Part shown: piece by piece, positions 8,526 through 18,984 of the stretch | Position numbering within the stretch: position 1 is the stretch's first letter | Layout of the letters: each line of letters begins with the position of its first letter | Assembly: GCA_963758915.1 (NCBI GenBank) | Contig: CAVWXH010000003.1 | Span: 192,001 to 256,000, forward strand | Direction of reading: 5' to 3' | Length of the DNA stretch: 64,000 nt | Origin: an uncultured Methanomicrobiales archaeon | GTDB lineage: Archaea > Halobacteriota > Methanomicrobia > Methanomicrobiales > Methanospirillaceae | Translations under genes and position numbers: made by a program | Notes under the pieces: generated by a model | Databases searched by the model: none | What the model saw: only the letters and a program-made list of their open reading frames with translations | What the model was told of the DNA's origin: nothing

Positions 8526-10361
8526 TTACGATGCATCCCGCCTCATCGGACAAACATCTGCCCCTTCCAGCTCCCCGCCTGCCCATGCATACCGGTCCCT
8601 GATCGTGGGGGGAAGATCGTTCTCCCCAATCGGGATGAACCCGAACTGGCGATAAAAGTCCACCAGGTGCAGCACTGAATGCATATAGAGCGTATTTTTT
8701 CCGCACGCTTCAACCAGGCCGGCAACAACGCCCTTCGCAAAGCCGTGGCCCCTCATCGGTTCTGGCGTAAACACTGCATCCAGCTCGTAACCATCCGTAT
8801 GCTTCCTGCACCGGGCAAGGGAAACAGGTTCATTTTCCCTATAGGCTGCGAATATCCGGTCTATTCCAGGGTCACCTTTTGTCTGATGATAATCCACCCA
8901 GAGCGACGCTGCAATCGGGAATTCTGCACTGAGCAATTCCCTTACCTGGATGCCATTCATATTATTCGTGCAATTACTCCCTGATCCACGCTGGGAAAGG
9001 CCAGCGGAAGGGATACCTTCGCCGGAACCTTCAACCCGGTAACAGGCTGCCGGAATATGGATTTCAAACCTCGCTCCCCGGCCTTCCTCACCTGTTTCGA
9101 CGATGGTCATCCCTGAAACTCCGACAATCTGGCTACAGATAAAGAGGCCGATCCCCTTGTGACCCCCGGAATCATATTCAAATATCTCCTGCTTTTTCGA
9201 TTCCGGGATACCCGGGCCGTTATCTTCAATAGAAAGGACCAGTCCCCCCCCGTGTTCAAAATACCTGACAAGGAGAAGGTCGAACCTCCCTGCATACTGG
9301 AATGAATTTGCAACAATATGGCGGAGCACATCCCTTATGAGCGGGTCTGCATTCACTTCCAGTCTCTCACACCAGAACCTGACGGCCACATCCTCTCTCA
9401 TTTTTGAAAGGGCCATGGATACGAGATATCCCTGGACCTGTTGCCATACCGGCGGTGTGGTCCCCAGGTTCCTGTACGATAAAGAAAGGTCGAGGCGGCG
9501 GGATATCGTCGATATCTTCTCCCCGATCTTTGTAAAAAAAACATCCGAAAGCGTGTCACTGACCTGGATTTTCGCCTGCCTGACTATCTCCTTGATCTCG
9601 TTGACATCCCGCTGGAGATGATCTGTTGATATACTCGACAGGAGGTTGAGCTTGTCATTTGCTGATTGTAATGCGTTTTCAGCCCTGACCCGCGGAGTAA
9701 TATCGATAAACGTCAGGATTGCACGGCGATCAGGAAGCAATGCCCCGGAGACGATTACCCGGGCAGACCTCTTCTCTCCGGCAATAAAGGTAGTCTCACC
9801 GGAATACACGGGCTTCTGTGCAGTCAGGCTGGAAAGTACTCCATTTTTCCCACCCTCGTTTTCCCAGAATAATGTTACTGGTGCCCCTTTGAGGTCCGGA
9901 AGGTCTTTCTTGAAAAATTTACGGGCCCGGTCATTCGCTTCCTCAATTACCCACCCTTCAGGCGTATCATGGACAAGGAGACTTCCCGCCCATGAATGGT
10001 CAAAAAGCCCGCGATACAGGGCCTCATTCTCGCGGAGCCGGGTAGTAATCGTTGCCACCAGCCATCCGATCCCGATAATGACGGCAAGTCGCAGGACAGT
10101 TTCAAAAAGGACTCCTGAATCAGCCCCTAAAAAAACAATGACCATGATAAAATATGTCCCACCCAGCAATATCGATGTTAACAGCCCGTACCGTGGGTAA
10201 CGGTATGCTGAAAGGACAACCGGAATATACAACAGATGAGAGAATACAACAGTAATCCCGGAGAGGAGGCCGCCAAGTATCAGGCCAAGGCTAATGGCAC
10301 TGCTGGCGATAATTGCGAAATTCCATGCCCTGTCACGTCGTTTGAGTATAGATAATTCCAT
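8526..10361 (-). CDS. Membrane PAS/HATPase sensor-kinase-like protein fused to C-terminal GNAT
   Basis: About 4 TM helices, PAS, EDNGPGI/IFE/GIGLFI boxes, GNAT FTPEPMRGHGFA..FYRQFGF. Confidence 0.85.
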   Translation of the reverse strand: MELSILKRRDRAWNFAIIASSAISLGLILGGLLSGITVVFSHLLYIPVVLSAYRYPRYGLLTSILLGGTYFIMVIVFLGADSGVLFETVLRLAVIIGIGWLVATITTRLRENEALYRGLFDHSWAGSLLVHDTPEGWVIEEANDRARKFFKKDLPDLKGAPVTLFWENEGGKNGVLSSLTAQKPVYSGETTFIAGEKRSARVIVSGALLPDRRAILTFIDITPRVRAENALQSANDKLNLLSSISTDHLQRDVNEIKEIVRQAKIQVSDTLSDVFFTKIGEKISTISRRLDLSLSYRNLGTTPPVWQQVQGYLVSMALSKMREDVAVRFWCERLEVNADPLIRDVLRHIVANSFQYAGRFDLLLVRYFEHGGGLVLSIEDNGPGIPESKKQEIFEYDSGGHKGIGLFICSQIVGVSGMTIVETGEEGRGARFEIHIPAACYRVEGSGEGIPSAGLSQRGSGSNCTNNMNGIQVRELLSAEFPIAASLWVDYHQTKGDPGIDRIFAAYRENEPVSLARCRKHTDGYELDAVFTPEPMRGHGFAKGVVAGLVEACGKNTLYMHSVLHLVDFYRQFGFIPIGENDLPPTIRDRYAWAGGELEGADVCPMRRDAS

Positions 10362-10663
10362 GCGATCCTCTCCTGGATAATTGCCACACTATTGGCCGGG
10401 AATCAATTATGGTACAAATAATGTGAGTTCTGAGTGAACTGATGACCCTCACAAGGGAAACCGGGACATTTGTATAACATGAAAGAGTGTACTCCGGGAA
10501 TATAGTCATTTCATTTTAGATCTGCCAGGGGTTGATTGGCTACCTCTCATAAGGGTTTCCTGAATCTTATGCTCCATCCTGCTTATTGGCATTGGAGTCT
10601 CCCGACAGGATCACCTGATAAAAATACCAAAATAATCCCCTGTCAATCGTACGATTGTTTTTC

Positions 10664-11413
10664 CTACATCCCCTTCATCATATTCCTTATCTGTATGACC
10701 CGTGCTGCAAAAATAAATCCAACAGAGGCAATGAAGAGAACACTACAGTCAACAAGCGGGGAAAATACTGATCTCCCGGACATGGCCGCGTTGAACAGAT
10801 CAACCAGGTACGTAAGTGGTGAGCAGTACGCAAGGGTGAGAGCCCATCCCTCCATCTGCTGTAGCGGGACGAATATCCCGGAGATGAAGATGAGCGGGAA
10901 CCGTATAAGGTTGGAAAAAATCATCACGTTGGGCGGGCTGTCGGATGCCGGAGACGCAAGCAGGGCGCCGAGTGCGGCACAGGAAAGTGTGCCGAGGAGG
11001 AACGCCAGGACAAAGAATTCCGGGTTTGCGATCGCAATCGGAACGAAGAATATACCCGCTATCCATACGAGCAGCGATATGCCAATCCCGAAGATCGCTC
11101 CCGCCATAACGTCACCCAGTATGATACTATCCTGCGTTATCGGATACGAGAGGAGCCGTTCATACGTCTTTTCCCTTTTTTCCCAGGGTGTGATAAGCGG
11201 GCCAACCGATGATGCAGTGAAAAACAGCATCATCGCGAGAAACGCCGGGAAGAACGTGGTGAGGTCGAGATGACGGCCGACAAAGAATGCGAAGAACATG
11301 AAGAGCGGGAACAGGAGCCCGAACATCAGGACGGGTGGCTTGGTATAATACAGCCTCATATTTTTACCGGTAATGACGAGGATGCCACGCAGGGACAGCG
11401 GGATTTCCATCAT
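10664..11413 (-). CDS. ABC-2 type exporter permease
   Basis: About 6 TM, EKREKTYERLL, FISGIFVP, SPLTY. Confidence 0.88.
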   Translation of the reverse strand: MMEIPLSLRGILVITGKNMRLYYTKPPVLMFGLLFPLFMFFAFFVGRHLDLTTFFPAFLAMMLFFTASSVGPLITPWEKREKTYERLLSYPITQDSIILGDVMAGAIFGIGISLLVWIAGIFFVPIAIANPEFFVLAFLLGTLSCAALGALLASPASDSPPNVMIFSNLIRFPLIFISGIFVPLQQMEGWALTLAYCSPLTYLVDLFNAAMSGRSVFSPLVDCSVLFIASVGFIFAARVIQIRNMMKGM

Positions 11414-12327
11414 GCACACTCCGTGATCTGGACAAATGCTTCTTCAAGGCTCGGGCCGGAGGTCGACAGGGAGGTAATTCCGAGGGATTCACGTTCAGCC
11501 CGTCCGACAAGGTATTTTAAAACCAGGTCTGGATTATCGGTATACAGCCGCCACTTGTCACCGCACGGTTCTGCCCGAAAAATCCCTTCCACTGCAAACA
11601 GGTCCCGGGTTACGGTCCGGTCAAAGGAGACTTCGACCGATTGCGTGGTATCAAACATTTTTTTGAGCCGTTCGGGGCTGTCCTGCGCAACGATCTTCCC
11701 CTTGTTGATGATACAGACCATCTGGCACAGCGTATTGGCCTCCTCGATATTGTGGGTGGTGAGAAAGATCGTGCTGCCCTGTTCATTCATGTCATGAATC
11801 GTCTCGATCACGAGCCGGCGGCTCTGCACATCAAGTCCGCTGGTCGGCTCATCGAGAAACAATACGCGGGGCCGGTGGATGATGGCGCATGCGATACTTA
11901 CCCGCTGCTTCATTCCTTTTGAGAATGACCTGACAGGGTAATGTCTTTTATCAGAAAGGCCAAGCCGCAACAGGATCTCATCAATACGCTCTTCTCTGAG
12001 TACCCGGGGCATGCCATACATTTTTCCGCTCAGCTGGAGGTTCTGCTCCGCGGAAAGGTCACCGTAGACCGTGCTGTTCTCCGGAATGACTCCCATCTGC
12101 ATCTTGGCGTCGAGCGGATGGCGGTGGATGTCAATGCCGTTGATCTGGACGGTCCCTGCATCAGGTGTGAGGACCCCCGTAAGCAGCCGGATCGTGGTGG
12201 TTTTCCCGGCCCCGTTGGGCCCGAGGAACCCGAATATTTCTCCTTCTTTCACAGACAGGTTTACATCATCAACAGCTGACACCGATCCGAACGTCTTCTT
12301 CAGATGTTCAGCCCGGATTGCGTCCAT
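11410..12327 (-). CDS. ABC exporter ATP-binding subunit (DrrA-like)
   Basis: GPNGAGKTT, FSKGMKQR, LDEPTSGLD, SLEEAF. Confidence 0.92.
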   Translation of the reverse strand: MDAIRAEHLKKTFGSVSAVDDVNLSVKEGEIFGFLGPNGAGKTTTIRLLTGVLTPDAGTVQINGIDIHRHPLDAKMQMGVIPENSTVYGDLSAEQNLQLSGKMYGMPRVLREERIDEILLRLGLSDKRHYPVRSFSKGMKQRVSIACAIIHRPRVLFLDEPTSGLDVQSRRLVIETIHDMNEQGSTIFLTTHNIEEANTLCQMVCIINKGKIVAQDSPERLKKMFDTTQSVEVSFDRTVTRDLFAVEGIFRAEPCGDKWRLYTDNPDLVLKYLVGRAERESLGITSLSTSGPSLEEAFVQITECA

Positions 12328-12461
12328 GTAAACCTCCTGAAAAAAATTATTCCGTCAGATTGCACAATTCTGAAGTTCGTAGTCATTTACATCATTCTTC
12401 GTGAGTTGTAGTTGAATACAATTTCTTAATGCAGCATAAGATATTGGTTTTAGATTTTCCC

Positions 12462-12672
12462 GGGCTTTTGAAACCCTGCATAATTAAAAAAAAAGAGGGA
12501 ATCCGTTGACAGGAGGGGGTGAAACCCCTCCCTGCCCCATCCCCGATAAGATAGTAATTAACATGGTTCGGGGGGGCATTCAGGAAAATTTGCGAGATTT
12601 GGATAGGATTCCCTATCCTGACCGGGATCGCCACAGCGACGGGCCATCAGCCACGGGAGCGTGACTAAATTT
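12462..12672 (+). repeat. Dispersed structured repeat, copy 1 (MITE-like)
   Basis: Colinear similarity to 52307-52520: GGCTTTTGAAACCC end, CAGGAGGGG..CCCCTCCCTG hairpin, GGATA..TATCC, CCGGGATCGCC..GGGCC..GGGAGCG. Confidence 0.75.
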
Positions 12673-12804
12673 TTTAATGCCTGCACAATGATGTGATTGC
12701 ACCAATTCATGAGAAAAAGAAAAGCATGGTGGTTTACAGCTTTTAATCGTAAACCGGGCTGAAAAGAAAACTATTATGCTACCCTGAACAGTAATCTGAT
12801 TGTA

Positions 12805-13965
12805 ATGAAAAATGCATTCCATATCATGCTCATCCCGACATTAGGTTGTCCCTCAAAATGCAGTTATTGCTGGAGTTCCGAGGAGGGATCGCCGGTTATG
12901 AGTATTGAAACAGTACAGGAAGTGGTTACATGGTTAAAAGATCTCAAGAAGAACCGGATCACTATTACATTCCATGGGGGTGAACCACTCCTTGCCGGGG
13001 CTGATTTTTACCGGAATGCATTACCACTCCTTTCAAACGGTTTACGGCACCAGAACCCGGAGTTTGCGATGCAGACCAACCTCTGGAAGATGACCCCGGA
13101 AATAGCCAGGGTACTGGCAGAATACCATGTCCCGATAGGGTCAAGCATCGACGGTCCTGAGGATATCAACGATTCACAGAGGGGGGACGGCTACTTCAAA
13201 AAGACCATGAACGGTTACCGTATTGCGAGGGAACATGGTCTTACGGTCCGGTTCATCTGCACATTCACATGTGAATCAGTGAAGTCCAGGGAGGAAATAA
13301 TTGAATTTTTCCACCGGAACGGGTTTGTACTCAAACTGCACCCGGCATTACCCTCTCTGCGATCAGAAAACCCCAGACAATGGGCCCTGGATCCGGAAGA
13401 TTACGGGGACCTGCTCGTGTACCTGCTGGACAAGTCCCTTGATCACTACGGGGAGATGGAGATCATGAATATCAATGACCTCTGCAGGTGCGTATTTACC
13501 CGCCATGGTTCGGTCTGTACCTACGTGGACTGCATGGGGACCACGTTTGCCGTGGGACCGGATGGGAGCATATACCCCTGTTATCGTTTTGTAGGCATGC
13601 CGGAATATGTCATGGGAAATGTACGTGATCGCCCCACTCCTGAAGACCTTGCCGAATCCGGACCGGGAAAGCTGATGGCCCGGTACAAGGAATACGTGGA
13701 CAGGGAATGTGGGGAATGCCCCCATATCAGGTACTGCAGGGGAGGGTGTCCGTACAATGCAATTGCACCGACAGATGGAGAAATAAAGGGTGTTGACCCC
13801 CACTGTATCGCATATAAACGGATATTTAGTGAGATCAGTGAAAGGCTCGATCGGGAGATGTTTGAATCACCCCCCATGGAGATGGCAGGTTTCGGTTCAG
13901 TTCACGGGAAAAGAAAAAAACCCGGAGTAATGGCACTGATGCATAAGTCCGTCTCGGACTATTGA
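12805..13965 (+). CDS. Radical SAM/SPASM enzyme, methanogen putative peptide-modifying family (TIGR04083-like)
   Basis: FHIMLIPTLGCPSKCSYC, FHGGEP, SPASM YPC..CGECPHIRYCRGGC..DPHC. Confidence 0.85.
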   Translation: MKNAFHIMLIPTLGCPSKCSYCWSSEEGSPVMSIETVQEVVTWLKDLKKNRITITFHGGEPLLAGADFYRNALPLLSNGLRHQNPEFAMQTNLWKMTPEIARVLAEYHVPIGSSIDGPEDINDSQRGDGYFKKTMNGYRIAREHGLTVRFICTFTCESVKSREEIIEFFHRNGFVLKLHPALPSLRSENPRQWALDPEDYGDLLVYLLDKSLDHYGEMEIMNINDLCRCVFTRHGSVCTYVDCMGTTFAVGPDGSIYPCYRFVGMPEYVMGNVRDRPTPEDLAESGPGKLMARYKEYVDRECGECPHIRYCRGGCPYNAIAPTDGEIKGVDPHCIAYKRIFSEISERLDREMFESPPMEMAGFGSVHGKRKKPGVMALMHKSVSDY

Positions 13966-14256
13966 CAGCTTTTTTCTGAAACACAAGGGCAATCACCCGT
14001 TACGAGTGTCACTCCCGGACACCGGGGATAGTCATATCGTTTCCTGTTACAGGCTGTTTTTCCAACATGTGCAGGAATCCCGGAGCGGTGAGTCCGGATG
14101 GCCAATTGCAGATATGAGCGCTCAATACAGTATATATACCAAAACATCTGCACAACTTTTTTTTAGTTAATGAAATATAACATTCGTTGATATACCCATT
14201 ATGGCATTATTTTCTTAATCCGGCCAGAATAACGCCATTAAACCCTCAAATCGTTT

Positions 14257-14272
14257 CGAAACCTTTAATTAA
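14257..14272 (+). promoter_or_regulatory. Probable BRE/TATA of mtr operon
   Basis: CGAAACCTTTAATTAA about 110 nt upstream of mtrE; GGAGG RBS before ATG. Confidence 0.5.
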
Positions 14273-14379
14273 GTTATAACCAACCTCTTAATTGAACCAC
14301 AAAGGGTTTGTACTCGATGTGAGTCGTAATGCAGCATGAACACTCTCGTGCACTATTACAGCACGCAGGAGGAGGCTAA

Positions 14380-15282
14380 ATGGACAACATTGTATTTAGC
14401 ATTGGAATTACTGCACTGGCAGGAGCACTTGCCGCTGTAGCCGGTGCTGCGGAAAATGTTGAATCTGATATCGGATCACAGGGAGACCCGAACTCACAGG
14501 TTCAGCTGGCACCGCAGATGGGTTACATCCATAGAATTTATAACAAGGCAATTGCTGGTGAACCACCCGCCTGGGGTCTTTGGATCGCGTTGGGGGCTGG
14601 AATTGCATGGGCATTTATGGCCATGCAGATCAACCCGATTCTCGCGATCGTCCTCGGGGCCGGACTGGCCACCTTTGTCCAGGGAGTATATTCAACCACG
14701 GCTTATTTAGGAAGGACCGCAAGTCTTTCCAAGTTTGGACAGCCGGTGTATATCGATATCATCAAGTCGATGACCACCGTGACCATGGCACATGCATTTG
14801 TCGCCATATTCGCAACGGTGACACTCTGTCACCTGATGAATGCCGCACTCGGCCACCCGTTCCCACTGCCCTTACTCGGATTAGTATGGGGTATTGCACT
14901 CGGTGCAGCCGGATCTGCAACTGGCAACCCGTACTACGGGAAAGAACGCCAGTACCAGACACAGAATTTCGGTGCAGGCGTCCCGATATCAGCATCGGGT
15001 AACATCGTCCGTTACGCAGAAGCAGGCGAGCGCAACTCGCTTGATAATGGTTACTTCACCGCTAAACTCGGCGGGGCTGCAGCAGGGGTCTGCTTCGGAC
15101 TGATCGTATTCCTTGAACTCTGGAGGACAGTTCTCTTTGAGAACGTTGGTGCCGGGTGGGGAGCGATTATCGTTGGTGTTATTATTATCCTTGTCTTCAC
15201 GGTAATCGACCGCTACATTGAGGTCTGGGCACGGAAGAACTACGGACCATACACAAAACCAACGGAGGAGACGTCCTCATGA
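14380..15282 (+). CDS. mtrE: H4MPT S-methyltransferase subunit E
   Basis: ESDIGSQGDPNSQVQLAPQMG, YGKERQYQ. Confidence 0.97.
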   Translation: MDNIVFSIGITALAGALAAVAGAAENVESDIGSQGDPNSQVQLAPQMGYIHRIYNKAIAGEPPAWGLWIALGAGIAWAFMAMQINPILAIVLGAGLATFVQGVYSTTAYLGRTASLSKFGQPVYIDIIKSMTTVTMAHAFVAIFATVTLCHLMNAALGHPFPLPLLGLVWGIALGAAGSATGNPYYGKERQYQTQNFGAGVPISASGNIVRYAEAGERNSLDNGYFTAKLGGAAAGVCFGLIVFLELWRTVLFENVGAGWGAIIVGVIIILVFTVIDRYIEVWARKNYGPYTKPTEETSS

Positions 15283-16118
15283 GCGCTCTTGGAGGTGCGA
15301 AGCCGGCAGGAGGCTCAACAGGGATTGCGCCTGTTCCGGCAGTAATCTCGCTGGTTATCTTCGTAATTATTTTCGCATTGATGTACATGCTCGGCACACC
15401 ACTTGCCATGACAGCCCTTATCGGGATCGTCATCGGCGGGCTTCTCATCGGTTTCGGTGTGCACTTTGTTCCGGTTGGCGGTGCACCCGCTGCAATGGGA
15501 CAAGCCCCGGGTATTGCGACGGGTGTCGCGATGCTGGCAGCTGGTGGCGGTCTTGCCGGTCTCTTTGGCGGCGCATGGGCGGCCTCACAGGGTACCCTTG
15601 TTGCCGTCGTCACCGGTGCTATCGGTGGCGGCCTTATGCTTGCAATCACGTGTTTCTTCGTGAACTTCGTTTATATCTATGGAATGGGTATTCCTGCTGC
15701 GTCCGGAAAGGTCAAGAAAGACCCGATTACCGGAGACACTCAGGCTGAATACAAGTCCCAGGGTACGGAAGGTCATGGATTACCGTTTGTATCGTTTACG
15801 GGCGGAGTCATTGGCGGTCTCCTTGGTGGTGCAGGTGGCACATTGATCTACCTGATGCTGCTCGATGTATACCAGGCATCCCTGCCGGGTGTCATGAAGG
15901 CAACCGCAGTCCAGGTCGAACCAATTGCAGTCTCGCTCGCCGGGATGTTCGCGATCGGTATGTTCCTTGTTATTGCAGTGCTTGCAGCATACAACATCAC
16001 AGGAACGATCGAAGGCCCGCACGACCCGAAATTCAAGCGGTTCCCGCGTGCATTAATTGCATGTGCCGTTGCATCCGCACTCTGCGGAGTCGTAGCAATT
16101 CTGCTGGTAATGGTGTGA
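15279..16118 (+). CDS. mtrD: Mtr subunit D
   Basis: VHFVPVGGAPAAM, GTEGHGLP, GTIEGPHDPKFK. Confidence 0.97.
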   Translation: MSALGGAKPAGGSTGIAPVPAVISLVIFVIIFALMYMLGTPLAMTALIGIVIGGLLIGFGVHFVPVGGAPAAMGQAPGIATGVAMLAAGGGLAGLFGGAWAASQGTLVAVVTGAIGGGLMLAITCFFVNFVYIYGMGIPAASGKVKKDPITGDTQAEYKSQGTEGHGLPFVSFTGGVIGGLLGGAGGTLIYLMLLDVYQASLPGVMKATAVQVEPIAVSLAGMFAIGMFLVIAVLAAYNITGTIEGPHDPKFKRFPRALIACAVASALCGVVAILLVMV

Positions 16119-16129
16119 GGTGTTAGAAA

Positions 16130-16999
16130 ATGTCGGTAAAAGTTGAAGTTATCGAAGGTGGTGTACCCCACCAGAAGATCCTCATAGCCGGGCTCGTCCT
16201 CGCAGTGATCGGGCTTTATCTCTCATACCTCAACGTAATTGTCGGGACGCAGATGTTTGCATTCTTCGGCGGGCTTGCAGCAATTGCAGCCCTTGTCTGG
16301 GGTAGCCACACAATCAAGGTCCTTGCAAGTTACGGTATAGGAACAGGAGTTCCATCTGCCGGTATGATTGCATTCGGCTCAGGTGTTATTGCATTCCTGT
16401 TTGCGACAAAATATGGATTATATGCCCCAATCGTTGCGATAATTCTCGCAGCGGTCATCGGTGCAATCCTTGGTTACCTCGCAAACGAAGTGCTGGCTAT
16501 GCATATCCCGGTGATGATAAAGTCTCTCACAGAGATGGCCGTGGTCGGCGCACTAAGCCTCATGGGATTCTCTGCAATGATTACTGGATCGTTCACGTTC
16601 TCTCCGCAAGGTACGTTCATATTTTCACTGACCACCGGGTCAATGAAAGTCCTTGGCATGAGCCTGCCGTCCTACCAGTCATCTTACATTGGCGGGGCGC
16701 TCATTGCAACCGTCTTCATGCTGGGAGCAATTGCGATACAGCACGGATTTAATGCCTGTCTCGGACCTGGCTGGAAACAGGACCGCATGCTTATGCTCGT
16801 TGCTGAGTGCGGGTTCCTTTCCATGATGGTCGCAGCAGTTATGTCAGCAGCATTGATCAGTCCGGCCGCAGCAATACTCTCGTTCCTGATCGGGCTCGTC
16901 GGGTGGTATTACACCTACATGAAATATATCGAGCTCTCAAAGAGGGATGCAGCTGCATGGCTTGATATGAAACCAATTCCAGAAGTGGAGGGACACTGA
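16130..16999 (+). CDS. mtrC: Mtr subunit C
   Basis: SYGIGTGVPSAG, HGFNACLGP. Confidence 0.97.
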   Translation: MSVKVEVIEGGVPHQKILIAGLVLAVIGLYLSYLNVIVGTQMFAFFGGLAAIAALVWGSHTIKVLASYGIGTGVPSAGMIAFGSGVIAFLFATKYGLYAPIVAIILAAVIGAILGYLANEVLAMHIPVMIKSLTEMAVVGALSLMGFSAMITGSFTFSPQGTFIFSLTTGSMKVLGMSLPSYQSSYIGGALIATVFMLGAIAIQHGFNACLGPGWKQDRMLMLVAECGFLSMMVAAVMSAALISPAAAILSFLIGLVGWYYTYMKYIELSKRDAAAWLDMKPIPEVEGH

Positions 17000-17001
17000 T
17001 T

Positions 17002-17283
17002 ATGTATATCCAGGTACTTCCGGAATATGGACTCGTTGCAGACCCGATGGTCGGAATTGTCACAACAGCCGGAGAATCGCTCTCACCCATACTCGAGAAA
17101 GTAGCGATTCTTGAGGCAGTCTCAGACGACCTTGTGAACATGCTCTCAGGGGAAGGCAATTACCTTGCTTCATTCCCCGGAAGAGAGAAATCTCTGGTTA
17201 TTGCCGGTAGCATGAACGCGTTCTGGTATGGACTCGCTATAGGCCTGTTCATCGCAGGGATAATGGTGTTCCATCTTATTTGA
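17002..17283 (+). CDS. mtrB: Mtr subunit B
   Basis: [16 protein letters not shown]-terminal TM. Confidence 0.95.
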   Translation: MYIQVLPEYGLVADPMVGIVTTAGESLSPILEKVAILEAVSDDLVNMLSGEGNYLASFPGREKSLVIAGSMNAFWYGLAIGLFIAGIMVFHLI

Positions 17284-17293
17284 GGTGAAAAAA

Positions 17294-18013
17294 ATGGCAG
17301 AAAAGAAATCACCAGCAAGTGGATGGCCAATCGCAAAGGGCGACTTCCATTCAGGAGATGCCAACAGCCCGGTCGCAGTCGTGACCATGGGGTCTCACCT
17401 TGATGAACAGGGTATCTGCGATGGCGGCGCCGCACTCTGCGGTTCCTGTAAGACTGAAAACCTCGGTCTTGAGAAGGTCATTGCAAATATTATCTCCAAC
17501 CCGAACATCAGGTTCGTGCTCCTCTGTGGTACAGAAGTGAAAGGTCACCTCTCCGGACAGACCCTCGTGGCTCTCCACAAGGGCGGGGTCAAGGAAGGCA
17601 GGGTTGTCGGTGCAGAAGGGGCTATTCCTTTCATCGAGAACTTAAACGATGCCGCTATCAAGCGCTTCCAGGAGCAGGTCGAATTCGTCAATATCATGGA
17701 GTCTGAGGACGTCGGGGCCATCAAGGCCAAGATCGGCGAACTCACAAGCCGTGATCCGGGCGCATTCGCCGCTGACCCGATGATCGTCGAGGTCAAGGAA
17801 GCTGCGGGCGGAGAAGAGGCGACCGGAGAAGTGCAGCCACTCTCAGGAGAGGTAGCACTTATCCACGCACGGATGAAGATAATCGAGAGGATGGTAACGG
17901 ATATCGGATACCGCGACAAGTTTGCCGCGGGGGTCTATGGCGGTAAAATAGAAGGTCTCATGATCGGCCTCCTGGTATCGTTTGCCATCATCGGGTTCAT
18001 GTTGATGGGGTGA
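17294..18013 (+). CDS. mtrA: Mtr subunit A (corrinoid protein)
   Basis: [29 protein letters not shown]-terminal TM. Confidence 0.97.
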   Translation: MAEKKSPASGWPIAKGDFHSGDANSPVAVVTMGSHLDEQGICDGGAALCGSCKTENLGLEKVIANIISNPNIRFVLLCGTEVKGHLSGQTLVALHKGGVKEGRVVGAEGAIPFIENLNDAAIKRFQEQVEFVNIMESEDVGAIKAKIGELTSRDPGAFAADPMIVEVKEAAGGEEATGEVQPLSGEVALIHARMKIIERMVTDIGYRDKFAAGVYGGKIEGLMIGLLVSFAIIGFMLMG

Positions 18014-18018
18014 TAAAG

Positions 18019-18225
18019 ATGGCAGAAGAAGAAGTTAAAACAGCAGGACCCATCCGGATGGTCGCAATAGACAGAATGGTGGAGCAAATCCGCTATAAGG
18101 GACAGATCCTGGCCCGGACCAACAAGCCCGAATCGGGGATTATGGACTCGGGAATGATAGGATTTGCAATCGGAATGCTCATTGCCCTGGTCCTGATCGT
18201 TGTGCCGGCATATCTTGTGGGGTGA
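18019..18225 (+). CDS. mtrF: Mtr subunit F
   Basis: [16 protein letters not shown] plus TM. Confidence 0.93.
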   Translation: MAEEEVKTAGPIRMVAIDRMVEQIRYKGQILARTNKPESGIMDSGMIGFAIGMLIALVLIVVPAYLVG

Positions 18226-18230
18226 AAAAA

Positions 18231-18968
18231 ATGGCAGAAAAGAAATCACCAGCAAGTGGATGGCCAATCGCAAAGGGCGACTTCCATTCAGGAGATGCCA
18301 ACAGCCCGGTCGCAGTCGTGACCATGGGGTCTCACCTTGATGAACAGGGTATCTGCGATGGTGGCGCCGCACTCTGCGGTTCCTGTAAGACTGAAAACCT
18401 CGGTCTTGAGAAGGTCATTGCAAATATCATCTCCAACCCGAACATCAGGTTCGTGCTCCTCTGTGGTACAGAAGTGAAAGGTCACCTCTCCGGACAGACC
18501 CTCGTGGCTCTCCACAAGGGCGGGGTCAAGGAAGGCAGGGTTGTCGGTGCAGAAGGGGCTATTCCTTTCATCGAGAACTTAAACGATGCCGCTATCAAGC
18601 GCTTCCAGGAGCAGGTCGAATTCGTCAATATCATGGAGTCTGAGGACGTCGGGGCCATCAAGGCCAAGATCGGCGAACTCACAAGCCGTGATCCGGGCGC
18701 ATTCGCCGCTGACCCGATGATCGTCGAGGTCAAGGAAGCTGCAGGCGGCTCAGAAGTCGCTGCTGCAGGTGTAAACCCGCAATTCCTTGAAATCGAAAAG
18801 AGACTCGACAAGATTGAGAAAAATATTGAGTTTACCGATGCGGAGATTGCCCAGCGCGTGGGCAGGAAAATCGGTCGCGATATCGGTATACTCTACGGAC
18901 TGGTCGCAGGATTAATGGTATTTGTCATGTTGTTAGTTTTGCTGCCAAAATTGAATGTATTGCTGTAA
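18231..18968 (+). CDS. mtrG: MtrA/MtrG fusion
   Basis: MtrA domain followed by [30 protein letters not shown] (MtrG). Confidence 0.93.
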   Translation: MAEKKSPASGWPIAKGDFHSGDANSPVAVVTMGSHLDEQGICDGGAALCGSCKTENLGLEKVIANIISNPNIRFVLLCGTEVKGHLSGQTLVALHKGGVKEGRVVGAEGAIPFIENLNDAAIKRFQEQVEFVNIMESEDVGAIKAKIGELTSRDPGAFAADPMIVEVKEAAGGSEVAAAGVNPQFLEIEKRLDKIEKNIEFTDAEIAQRVGRKIGRDIGILYGLVAGLMVFVMLLVLLPKLNVLL

Positions 18969-18984
18969 TGGAGGTCGATAAAAA

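Larger units (their letters stand above)
17284..18742 (+). repeat. Near-identical 522-bp direct repeat (17284-17805 and 18221-18742) covering the mtrA domain
   Basis: Only two synonymous differences spotted by eye. Confidence 0.92.

Noticed and set aside
10536-11273. Long antisense ORFs (also 23681..24487, 26671..27366, 47838..48710)
   Set aside because: Shadow frames of well-supported genes.
12392-12634. Short ORFs over repeat copies (also 45064..45261 and 52438..52683)
   Set aside because: They overlap the non-coding repeat and frames are not conserved between copies.
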